35,531 bases of DNA from an uncultured Thermococci archaeon (lineage in GTDB: Archaea > Methanobacteriota_B > Thermococci > Thermococcales > Thermococcaceae). The position numbers and the translations under genes are program-made. Where the stretch lies: the NCBI GenBank assembly GCA_964487115.1, contig CAZAPD010000131.1, forward strand, positions 1 to 35,531, given 5' to 3'. Of the stretch, positions 18,982 through 27,336 are shown piece after piece. The notes under the pieces are model-generated. The model saw only the letters and a list, made by a program, of their open reading frames with translations, was not told the origin of the DNA and searched no databases. Numbering within the stretch: position 1 is the first letter of the stretch; the number at the start of each line of letters is the position of its first letter.

Positions 18982-20400
18982 ATGAAAAAGCCAAAAATAG
19001 CCGAAGAATTAAAACCTTTTTTCGACCCAAAAGGCGTTGCTATTCTCGGTGCTACGGACAAAAAGGGGAAGGTTGGAAATGTCATCTTTGAGAATTTCAG
19101 GATGAATAAGGAGCGCGGTATCTTCAAAGGGAACATTTATCCCGTTAATCCTAAACTCAACGAGATTGAGGGCTATAAATGCTATCATAATGTAAAGGAG
19201 TTGCCGGATGATACTGATCTTGCGGTGATATCAATTCCCGCTAAGTTTGTACCAGCGACAATGAAAGACATTGCTGAAAAAGGAATAAAAGCTGTTGTCA
19301 TAATTACAGGAGGATTCGGGGAGCTTGGCGAAGAAGGGAAGAGAATGGAAAGAGAGATTTATGAAATAGCGAAGGCAAACGGCATAAGGGTTATAGGGCC
19401 GAACTGTGTTGGTGTCTATGTGCCTGATACAGGAGTTGATACAGTATTCCTGCCGGAGAATAAGATGGACCGACCGAAAAGTGGGCCAATAGCATTTGTA
19501 ACCCAGAGTGGAGCGTTTGCTGCAGCGATGTTAGACTGGGCAGCAGGAGCAGGAATAGGCATAGGTAAGATGGTTAGCTACGGTAACAAGCTTGATGTTG
19601 ATGATGCGGATTTGATGGACTATTTCATCTATGATAATGAAATCAGAGTTGTTACATTTTATATCGAAGGTGTTAATGATGGCAGGAAGTTCATAGAAGC
19701 GGCAAAGCGGATAACCGCCGTTAAGCCAGTCATAGCTCTTAAGAGTGGAAGGACAGAGTATGGGGCAAAAGCAGCTTCTTCACACACAGGTTCATTGGCA
19801 GGGGCTGATATAATCTACGATGCTGTCTTTAAGCAGACAGGTATTATAAGGGCTGAAGATTTTGAGCACATGTTTGATATGGCTAAGGCCTTCGCAAAGT
19901 GCAAGCTTCCAAAGGGTGATAGGGTAGGCATTATTACAGATGGTGGCGGAGCTGGAGTCATGGCAAGTGATGCAGTTGCAAAGTTTGGCCTTAAAATGGC
20001 TGAACTGAGCGAGGAAACTATCAAGTATCTCAAAGAGAACTTCCCACCACATGCAGTCGCCGGAAATCCAACGGATGTCGTTGGAGATACAGATGCTCAG
20101 AGGTATAAGGTTGCAATTGAGGCATTTGTGAACGACCCGAATGTAGACGCTATAGTAATCATAACGTTGTTCCAAGTACCGCTCCTTGATGAGATGGAGC
20201 TGATTGATATATTAGCTAACTATGCTGGAAAGAGCGATAAGCCCATAGTTGCTGTCGCAATGGGAGGTAAGAAAACCGAATACTACGCAAAGATACTTGA
20301 AGACAAGGGAGTTCCGGTCTATCCCACACCTGAGAGAGGCGTTAGGGCTATCGCTGGCCTTGTTCAATACACCAGATATCTTGAAAGGAGGAAGATGTGA
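18982..20400 (+). CDS. acdA: Acyl/acetyl-CoA synthetase (ADP-forming) alpha subunit
   Basis: IGPNCVG, QSGA, phosphorylatable His in AASSHTGSLAG, NPTDVVGD. SD aggtgg supports ATG 18982. Confidence 0.93.
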   Translation: MKKPKIAEELKPFFDPKGVAILGATDKKGKVGNVIFENFRMNKERGIFKGNIYPVNPKLNEIEGYKCYHNVKELPDDTDLAVISIPAKFVPATMKDIAEKGIKAVVIITGGFGELGEEGKRMEREIYEIAKANGIRVIGPNCVGVYVPDTGVDTVFLPENKMDRPKSGPIAFVTQSGAFAAAMLDWAAGAGIGIGKMVSYGNKLDVDDADLMDYFIYDNEIRVVTFYIEGVNDGRKFIEAAKRITAVKPVIALKSGRTEYGAKAASSHTGSLAGADIIYDAVFKQTGIIRAEDFEHMFDMAKAFAKCKLPKGDRVGIITDGGGAGVMASDAVAKFGLKMAELSEETIKYLKENFPPHAVAGNPTDVVGDTDAQRYKVAIEAFVNDPNVDAIVIITLFQVPLLDEMELIDILANYAGKSDKPIVAVAMGGKKTEYYAKILEDKGVPVYPTPERGVRAIAGLVQYTRYLERRKM

Positions 20401-20436
20401 TCTTTCTTTTTTACCCATTTGGTGGGGGGAAGAAAA

Positions 20437-21150
20437 ATGAAGGAGAAGGAAAAGGCTCTGAAGATAATTGAAGAGGTTTTGGCTCAAGGTAGGAAGGCTC
20501 TGGTTGAATTCGAAGCTAAGGAGATTTTAAAAGTTTACGGTTTGCCGGTTCCTGAGGAAAAGCTTGCAAAGACCCTTGATGAAGCCCTTCAGTATGCACA
20601 AGAAATAGGCTATCCGGTTGTTCTGAAGTTGATGTCGCCGCAAATTCTCCACAAGAGTGATGCTAAAGTTGTTCTCTTAAACATAAAGACCCCCGAGGAG
20701 CTCAAACAGAAGTGGGAGGAGATACATGAGAATGCCCGCAGATATAGGCCAGATGCCGAGATACTCGGGGTTCTCGTTGCTCCGATGCTGAAGGTCGGAA
20801 AGGAGATTATCATTGGTGTAACAGAAGATCCACAGTTCGGGCATGCCCTGATGTTCGGTCTTGGAGGAATTTTTGTAGAGGTTCTCAAGGATGTTACGTT
20901 CAGAATAATCCCAATAGAGGAGAAAGATGCATGGAAAATGCTCAGGGAGATAAAGAGCTATCCGATTTTAGCTGGAGCAAGAGGAGAGCCTCCTGCAGAC
21001 ATGAAGGCCATAGTTGATTTGATGCTCAAGGTTTCGAGGCTAATTGATGACCTCAGGGACTACATCAAGGAAATGGACTTAAATCCTGTCTTCGTCTACC
21101 CTGAAGGCGAAGGTGCTGTTATAGTCGATGCGAGGATTATTCTGAAGTAA
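20437..21150 (+). CDS. acdB: Acyl/acetyl-CoA synthetase (ADP-forming) beta subunit (ATP-grasp)
   Basis: GYPVVLK, ILHKSD, DPQFGHALMFGLGGIFVE, EMDLNP and VDARI motifs. Confidence 0.93.
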   Translation: MKEKEKALKIIEEVLAQGRKALVEFEAKEILKVYGLPVPEEKLAKTLDEALQYAQEIGYPVVLKLMSPQILHKSDAKVVLLNIKTPEELKQKWEEIHENARRYRPDAEILGVLVAPMLKVGKEIIIGVTEDPQFGHALMFGLGGIFVEVLKDVTFRIIPIEEKDAWKMLREIKSYPILAGARGEPPADMKAIVDLMLKVSRLIDDLRDYIKEMDLNPVFVYPEGEGAVIVDARIILK

Positions 21151-21155
21151 TTCTT

Positions 21156-22274
21156 TCACTTTTCTCCTTTATGGATTCTAAAACTCAGCAGGAAAATTCC
21201 CAGACTGAAAATTCCAAATATTCCAATACCGAGAAAGCCCGTTCTTAGGCCGAGAAAGCCGATGATGATTGGACCCAGTGCTTGACCTATATCCTTTATG
21301 CTCTCAAGAAAGCCAAGGGCCGTTCCACGGAGCTTTGAAATTTCGGTGGCTAAGGGTTTTGTTGAGGCCTCACTTAAAGATGCACCAACTGAAAAGGCTA
21401 CTGCCCCAGAGGCTATTAGCAACAGGGACGATGAAAATGCTAAGAGGAACATGGAAAGTCCCACGAGGCTCATCCCAACAATTATGGGCTTGGTTCTCCC
21501 GATTCTATCACTCAGATAGCCAGCATAGGGCTTCACGAGTGCCATGATTGATATTTCTACAGTCAGTATCAATCCAGAAAGCCATGCTTTGTCTTGGAGG
21601 TAGTAGAAGAGAGGAAGAAAGGTTTCTATGCCCTGATAAGCCATGTATACGGCGCCATCGAGAAATCCTATTAGGAGGAGATCGTTGCTGAAGGAGAACT
21701 CAAAATGCTGAAGTTCCTTTCCAGTGTCAGGGAATCCGAAAGAGAGGAGGAAGACGATAACACCTGTTAGAGAGCAGAGGAGAAAGACTATAGAGAAGCC
21801 AAGGAAGTATATAATGGTACCTGCCAGAAGGGGTGCTGCTGCTCTACCCACCAGCGTTGCAGAACTGAGAAGGCCCATGAATGTGCCTTTTCTGTCAGGG
21901 TAGAGATCGCTTACAAGGGCAAGAGAGACCGGGACGAATATAGCTGTAGCAATTCCGTAATATGCTCTCACGAGGACAAGGGTTAGGACATCGTTTGCAA
22001 GAAAGTAGAGTATGGGTGCGCTGAGAAATACAAAGCCTGAGATTTTTAGAAGTTTTCTGCGACCATAAAGGTCACTTAGAAGACCAGAAGAGAAGTTCAC
22101 AATTATCCCTGTGACAGTTGAGGCAGCAGCTATAAGTCCTATATCCTCCCTCGCAAGTCCTATGCTTTGAGCATAGAGAGGAAGGGTAGGTGATTTACTC
22201 ATCGTCGAGCCGAGAATTGCAAAAAATCCTGCTGAAAGCAGAATGAGCAGGGTATTATGTTTTCTCATTCTCAT
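21156..22274 (-). CDS. MFS transporter
   Basis: Motif A twice (GLLSDLYGRR, GYLSDRIGR); about 12 TM helices. Confidence 0.9.
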   Translation of the reverse strand: MRMRKHNTLLILLSAGFFAILGSTMSKSPTLPLYAQSIGLAREDIGLIAAASTVTGIIVNFSSGLLSDLYGRRKLLKISGFVFLSAPILYFLANDVLTLVLVRAYYGIATAIFVPVSLALVSDLYPDRKGTFMGLLSSATLVGRAAAPLLAGTIIYFLGFSIVFLLCSLTGVIVFLLSFGFPDTGKELQHFEFSFSNDLLLIGFLDGAVYMAYQGIETFLPLFYYLQDKAWLSGLILTVEISIMALVKPYAGYLSDRIGRTKPIIVGMSLVGLSMFLLAFSSSLLLIASGAVAFSVGASLSEASTKPLATEISKLRGTALGFLESIKDIGQALGPIIIGFLGLRTGFLGIGIFGIFSLGIFLLSFRIHKGEK

Positions 22275-22581
22275 TCACGCTGGTCACTTCTTGGATATAT
22301 CCAATAATATCATGAACTATCGCTAAATCAATTGCAGCACTTATCCCTGAAAAAATATCGCCTGCTATTAAATACAGCATAGAGAGGAATAAATCTATCC
22401 CCTTGTATATGAGAGCTGTTTTTACTGCAGTTTTATTTTCTCTCTCCAATCCAAGAACAAGCGTAAAATTCAGCATGGCAAAAATTACATAGACTGTGTA
22501 ATAACCGCTTTGATATGCAAAGTAGAGTAAAAAGAGCCCTTGAATAAAAAGAAGATACATGGAGAGCCTTAATTTCTGCAT
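22255..22581 (-). CDS. Small hypothetical membrane protein
   Basis: 108 aa, 3-4 hydrophobic segments, overlaps both neighbours. Confidence 0.65.
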   Translation of the reverse strand: MQKLRLSMYLLFIQGLFLLYFAYQSGYYTVYVIFAMLNFTLVLGLERENKTAVKTALIYKGIDLFLSMLYLIAGDIFSGISAAIDLAIVHDIIGYIQEVTSVNENEKT

Positions 22582-23478
22582 TTTTCTCCCAAATATTTCT
22601 CAAAGACCTCCACGTATTTAAACCCATCGTCCGGAAAGATAAGAACGTAGGTTCCATCTCCAAGCTTCTTGGTAAGTCTTTCGTATGCCTTGACTACTGC
22701 ACCGGAGCTCAGGCCTATGAGGAGACCGTCATTTCTGGCAACATGGATTGCTCCTTCGATAGCCTCTTTTCTTGTTATCTCAACAACTCCATCTATCTCA
22801 ACCTGGAAGTACCACTTAGGCTTTGTCTCAAGCCTCTTGATTCCGGGTATTTTCTCACCCTTCGCGGGAATGACACCTATTACCTTTGTATCATAGCGCT
22901 CCTTGAAGTAACTCGCGAGCCCCGCTATGTGTCCAGAGGTCCCTATTCCGGCTATTATGACGTTGGGTATCTTTCCTATGCTCCTCATCTGCTCTTCGAT
23001 TTCTTTAGCGGTAAAGCGGTAGTGAGCATCAAAGTTGTCGTCGTTCTCGAACTGGTTGAGATTCACAGCTCCGGCTTTCCTTGCCTCCTCGACGACGTAC
23101 TGAACCATGGTGGGGTCTATAGTCTCAAAGTCTGTCATAACAACCTCCGCACCAAGAATTCTCAAAAGAACCTGCGTGGCCTTGGGGGTCGGCTTCGGCA
23201 GGTATGCCCTGAACTCTATTCCCAGAACGTTGCTGAGAGCAGCTAAAGAAATTCCAACGTTGCCGGAGGTGGCTTCAAAAAGAGTCGTGCTGTTGATGTC
23301 TCCACGGTCAATAGCTTTCATAAGCATATTAAACACAGCTCTGTCCTTGATGCTTCTGCTGAAGGGATTAAAGAACTCCAATTTGGCAAAATACATCCCC
23401 CCTCTTGGTGGAAAGCTTAACAAGGGGGGTTGGTTTGTATTTCTCGAACAACTCCAATGTGCTGTCAAACACGTTCAT
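22569..23478 (-). pseudogene. cysK: Cysteine synthase family (PLP fold-type II) gene with a +1 frameshift near codon 30
   Basis: MNVFDSTLELFEKYKPTPLVKLSTKRGDVF is in one frame and AKLEFFNPFSRSIKDR...ATSGN...GIGTSGH...GLSSG...FPDDG in another. The span is 910 nt; removing one base gives a 302-aa ORF. Confidence 0.8.
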
Positions 23479-23566
23479 TTGCATCACCGTAGCATCACCG
23501 CAAAAAGCTTTGATAAACTTCTTAAAAGCTTTCCTAAAACGAACAGTTATGGACAGAACTGGGTAA

Positions 23567-24157
23567 TTAAAGCACACCTTCCCTTTTCAGCCTCTCCTTT
23601 ATCCTCTTGAACTCTCCGAGTGAGCCTCTTATAACTGGATACTTCGGTACAAAGGGACAAGGTTCTTCAGATCTAATGCTTATCTCAAACGTGCCTATCT
23701 CCTTTGCTATTTTGATTATCTCCTCTTTGTCGAGGCCTATTAGCGGTCTCAGGATAGGTAGGTCACTTGCGGTGCTTATTACCATGAGATTGTCTAAAGT
23801 TTGACTCGCCACTTGTCCGAGAGAGTCGCCGGTTATTATCGCCTTTGCCCCAATTTCATGGGCAAGACGGCAGGCTTTCCTAAGCATCGTATACTTGCAG
23901 AAGAGACACGTCCACTTGGCTTTCCTGATTTCACTTAACTTTGAAAAAACTGCGCCCTGCTCCTCGTAGGCGTCAACTATAACCGGCTCATCTAACTCTC
24001 CATATCTCCCAAGAATTTCACATAGCTCCAATACCTTGGACTCTTTTGTCCTACTCTGCCTGAAGTGTATAGGGGTCACCTCGAAGCCCTTCCGAAGCAT
24101 GAGGTAGATGGCCACTGGTGAGTCAATACCCGAGCTTAGGAGTGCTACAGCCTTCAT
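23567..24157 (-). CDS. ThiI-like PP-loop sulfurtransferase lacking the NFLD/THUMP domains
   Basis: Starts MKAVALLSSGIDSPVA; CLFC, GDSLGQVASQTL, RPLIG and EEPCPF motifs. A TATA-like element (gaaagcttcatatat) sits just upstream, suggesting a leaderless transcript. Confidence 0.85.
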   Translation of the reverse strand: MKAVALLSSGIDSPVAIYLMLRKGFEVTPIHFRQSRTKESKVLELCEILGRYGELDEPVIVDAYEEQGAVFSKLSEIRKAKWTCLFCKYTMLRKACRLAHEIGAKAIITGDSLGQVASQTLDNLMVISTASDLPILRPLIGLDKEEIIKIAKEIGTFEISIRSEEPCPFVPKYPVIRGSLGEFKRIKERLKREGVL

Positions 24158-24200
24158 GGTTGAGAGAAGGTAAAGAGAGATATATGAAGCTTTCCTCAAC

Positions 24201-24851
24201 TTAAGGTTGGAGTCCACCCGAACTGGTCTCGATTTCCCAAACCTTTGATTCGTATGGGGCCCCAAACATCAGATAAAGCTTGTAGTTAACCCTCCACATT
24301 CCCAGAAATTCCTTGAACCGGTAAGTGGCCTCCACAGGCAGAAGGACGACCCACGGGGCCAGATAATGTCCCTCCAGTTCTTTCAGTATACCACTTTTCC
24401 CATCCCTCCCGCGAAGTGCGAAGCTGAATTTGTTCCTCTCGTTCTTTGTCATCCCCCTGACATCGAGGACGAACAGCGCGTATCCCTCTCCGTTCATCAG
24501 CTCATGAACTGGCCGTTTTCTAATCAGGGAATAGCCAGTAATCACTATCCCCGGAACAGCAAGGTAGTTGGGATTCCACATTTGCTCAAGGTTTATCGCC
24601 TTAACGTCCAGCTTTTCATGGGGAAACCCCATATCTACCAGCATCTCCTTGAACTCAAAGGAGAGTTCAAACCTCTCAGAATCGTCCGCCCCCCGGAGCA
24701 TGACCATGAAGTCAAAATCGTTGGGGGAGTCTTTCCCCTGGGTCGTGGATCCATACAGAACTACATCAAAGACCTTTCCATGCTCTCTCTTGAATTTACT
24801 CGCGGCCTCTTCCAGTTCACTTAATCCTATCGGTAAGTTTGAGAACTTCAT
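24201..24851 (-). CDS. Minimal nucleotidyltransferase (MNT) with an extra C-terminal alpha/beta domain
   Basis: LYGSTTQGKDSPNDFDF (GS-x-D-x-D Pol-beta motif); C-terminal YALFVLDV...RNKFSFALRG...GILKEL...VVLLP.E...FKEFL..W.V.Y. Confidence 0.8.
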   Translation of the reverse strand: MKFSNLPIGLSELEEAASKFKREHGKVFDVVLYGSTTQGKDSPNDFDFMVMLRGADDSERFELSFEFKEMLVDMGFPHEKLDVKAINLEQMWNPNYLAVPGIVITGYSLIRKRPVHELMNGEGYALFVLDVRGMTKNERNKFSFALRGRDGKSGILKELEGHYLAPWVVLLPVEATYRFKEFLGMWRVNYKLYLMFGAPYESKVWEIETSSGGLQP

Positions 24852-25151
24852 GCCTCAACGCCCCCACCTCATCTCCTGTGAGCCGTCTTTCATACGCGTC
24901 CCGGTAAAAATCAAAGAACTTACTGACAACGCGGTACAGATCACGGTAGTGAAGCCTCAGAATTGCAAATCGTTCACTGTGGTTTTTGGGTTCAAGATTC
25001 AGATCACGCTTGATGATGTAGTCGCATATCCCAACAAGGGCTTTGAAATACAGTATCGATGCGGAATTGTATCTGCCCTTTTTGAAGGCGTCTTCCCCGT
25101 CTCTATATATTCCCAGATATTTGCCTTCAGGTCATCAAGACTCACGGGCAC
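24817..25151 (-). pseudogene. HEPN-domain protein, frameshifted (absent from the ORF track)
   Basis: GTG start at 25151 with SD ggtgag. MPVSLDDLKANIWEYIETG continues in another frame as EDAFKKGRYNSASILYFKALVGICDYIIKRDLNLEPKNHSERFAILRLHYRDLYRVVSKFFDFYRDAYERRLTGDEVGALRHEVLKLTDRIK*. Adding one G to the G4 run (plus-strand cccc 25095-25098) restores 111 aa. Confidence 0.75.
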
Positions 25152-25163
25152 ATTTCTCACCGT

Positions 25164-25216
25164 GTAGTCATGCCTACAACAGCACGGTATTTAAGGATTT
25201 CTGTAGGAATTCCTAC
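25164..25216 (-). promoter_or_regulatory. HEPN-MNT promoter flanked by two GTAG-N6-CTAC palindromes
   Basis: GTAGTCATGCCTAC (25164-25177) and GTAGGAATTCCTAC (25203-25216) flank the minus-strand BRE/TATA gaaatcc-ttaaata (25188-25201). Confidence 0.55.
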
Positions 25217-25760
25217 GGGCACTAAGCTGGAGCAGACCGATGTAAACAAACCAGGCCAGTATCATGGAGGCGCCGATGAGCTCAGGAATCGCGAGACCCT
25301 TAAAGATCCCAGCCTTCACGAGGTAGAGCATCAGAGCGAAGGTGAGAACCGCCAGAACGCCCCAGACGTAGCCGGCGAAGAGCCCCTTCCGTCCGAGCTT
25401 TATGCCAACTATCGCTATGTCCGCCAGGGCCAGAACGTAGAAGAACACCGCCGCCGGCCCATGGGGAGCGTACTCCTCTGGGAAAACTCCAACGAGGAAA
25501 AGGAGAACCATGGCTAAAGGCATCAGGTAAGCCAGACCGTTCCTCAGCGCACCGAGGGAGGCCACAAAACCCAGAACGGCAAAGACCATCAAAAAACCAT
25601 TGAAGTAGTAATTCACAGGATTTCGTACTGATCCCATGTCGCTCAGGGCGTTGTCTGTGAACGAAAACCACGGGTTCTGGCCCACAACGATGAGCAGTCC
25701 GACGATGAAGATTAGCGGAAGGGCAAGGCTAATGTACGTACTCATCCGTTCAAAATCCAT
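25191..25760 (-). CDS. DUF998 family membrane protein
   Basis: NPWFSFTDNALSDMG, FNGFL, LVGVFPE..PH and GLAIPEL motifs; 5-6 TM helices. Confidence 0.8.
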   Translation of the reverse strand: MDFERMSTYISLALPLIFIVGLLIVVGQNPWFSFTDNALSDMGSVRNPVNYYFNGFLMVFAVLGFVASLGALRNGLAYLMPLAMVLLFLVGVFPEEYAPHGPAAVFFYVLALADIAIVGIKLGRKGLFAGYVWGVLAVLTFALMLYLVKAGIFKGLAIPELIGASMILAWFVYIGLLQLSARRNSYRNP

Positions 25761-25769
25761 GGAAGCACC

Positions 25770-26915
25770 TCAGCACTGCCTTTTTCGGGGTTCCTCCCCA
25801 AAGACCGCCCGGTAGAGCTTCCTGAACTCCTCCCAGGAGCCTCGGATTATGGGATGTTTTGGTATGAAGGGAATCTCTTCCTCGGGAAGGGTTGATAGTT
25901 CAAAGGTTCCAATTTCCTTAGCGATTCTTACGATTTCCTCCTTATCCATACCAACGAGCGGGCGGTAGATTGGTAAATCACTTGCTTGGCTAACTATATA
26001 CATATTCTCCAGAGTTTGTGAGGCCACTTGGCCGAGAGAGTCGCCCATAACGATCCCCTTGGCTCCGAACTCCCTTGCTATCCTATCAGCATGTCTCACC
26101 ATCATGTATTTGCAAAAAACACAGGTGTAGTTCTCCTTTCCCATTTCACGCAGTTTTTCGATGATTCTATTGCGATTCTCAGGCTTTACAACAATCAGTT
26201 CCCCTTTACCTCCGTATCCGTACTTTTTTAGCTGGTTCCAGATTTTTCTAACCTTCTCAAGAGTTTTTTCGCCTGTATAGATGTGAACCGGGATAATTTC
26301 AACACCGCGTTTCATCATGAGAAAAGCGGCAACTGGTGAATCTATACCACCGCTTAAGAGGACAACAACTTTTCCCTGAGTCCCTATCGGTAATCCTCCC
26401 CAAGCATGGATTTTGTCGACGAAGATATAAGCTCTGCCCTCCATGATTTCAATTCCAATCTCTATTTGGGGATTATAGAGATCAACTTCATTTTCCTCAT
26501 TTTCAAATATATACTCCCCAACTTTCGCTTGGATTTCTGGACTCTTAAGCGGGAAATCTTTGGTGATTCTCCTTGCGGTTACTCTAAAACGGGGGTTTTC
26601 CAGTCCAAGCTCTCTTTTCTTTTTTCTGAAGAGTTTCATTGCAATTTTGTTCATTTTATCCAACTCTGCATCTATCTCCATTGCAGGTGATAGGGAAACT
26701 ATCCCAAAAACACGTTTGAGAGCTTCAACGGATTCCAACGCTTTATTTGTCTTTACAATGATACGACCATGTTTAGCTTTAATTTTCTTATACTCGATGC
26801 CTTCACTGACTAAAGCCTCTCGAATGTTGTTAATCAGGATGTCCTCAAACCATCGTCTCGTTTGTCTTGATTTCGTTCCAATCTCACCATATCTGATTAT
26901 GACGACGTTGAACAT
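25770..26915 (-). CDS. thiI: tRNA 4-thiouridine(8) synthase ThiI/TtuI (NFLD-THUMP-PP-loop)
   Basis: IRYGEIGTKS, THUMP, GGLPIGTQGK, LLSGGIDSPVA, CVFC and GDSLGQVASQTL motifs. SD aggtgg supports ATG 26915. Confidence 0.92.
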   Translation of the reverse strand: MFNVVIIRYGEIGTKSRQTRRWFEDILINNIREALVSEGIEYKKIKAKHGRIIVKTNKALESVEALKRVFGIVSLSPAMEIDAELDKMNKIAMKLFRKKKRELGLENPRFRVTARRITKDFPLKSPEIQAKVGEYIFENEENEVDLYNPQIEIGIEIMEGRAYIFVDKIHAWGGLPIGTQGKVVVLLSGGIDSPVAAFLMMKRGVEIIPVHIYTGEKTLEKVRKIWNQLKKYGYGGKGELIVVKPENRNRIIEKLREMGKENYTCVFCKYMMVRHADRIAREFGAKGIVMGDSLGQVASQTLENMYIVSQASDLPIYRPLVGMDKEEIVRIAKEIGTFELSTLPEEEIPFIPKHPIIRGSWEEFRKLYRAVFGEEPRKRQC

Positions 26916-26962
26916 GAGGCCCACCTAAAAGAATTGGATATGGTTTTTATTAAAAGCATTTG

Positions 26963-27283
26963 TTAGGCATGAGGAAAGTTTATCGTTATCTCAACATATT
27001 TCTGGATAACTTCATATAGTGTTATAGATGCCAGATAAGATGATAGCAGGATTAGCTCATTCATTTCGAAGATGTGGAGTGCTATTTCTTTCGCTTTAGG
27101 CGAGTAGTCCACAACCGCCTGCATGTACTTCCTTTTTAAAAGTTGATTCAGTTGAATGGAGAACACCATGAGCAGAACACCGAAAAGACCCCACATCTTC
27201 CCCAGTGCCAGCATTAGGAAGAGCGTGGAAGCGAGTATTATCCATCCACCTATAAGACCCAAGAGTATGACGAACTCTATCAC
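26963..27283 (-). CDS. Hypothetical membrane protein
   Basis: Hydrophobic ORF; GTG 27283 follows SD ggtgag. Confidence 0.7.
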   Translation of the reverse strand: MIEFVILLGLIGGWIILASTLFLMLALGKMWGLFGVLLMVFSIQLNQLLKRKYMQAVVDYSPKAKEIALHIFEMNELILLSSYLASITLYEVIQKYVEITINFPHA

Positions 27284-27336
27284 AGTCTCACCAAAGTTTG
27301 TTGTTTTGTAAATAAATAAAAATGTTTTTGGTAGAT

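Noticed and set aside
22743..23610. Two 167-aa plus-strand ORFs
   Set aside because: Antisense to the cysK-like gene, with non-protein-like composition.
24158..24265. N-terminal extension of the ThiI-like ORF as a THUMP remnant
   Set aside because: It runs through the TATA element and the MNT 3' end, and does not resemble THUMP.
24568..25167. 199-aa plus-strand ORF (also 24366-24824 and 25170-25517)
   Set aside because: Antisense shadows of the HEPN, MNT and DUF998 genes in a GC-richer stretch; no motifs or SD.
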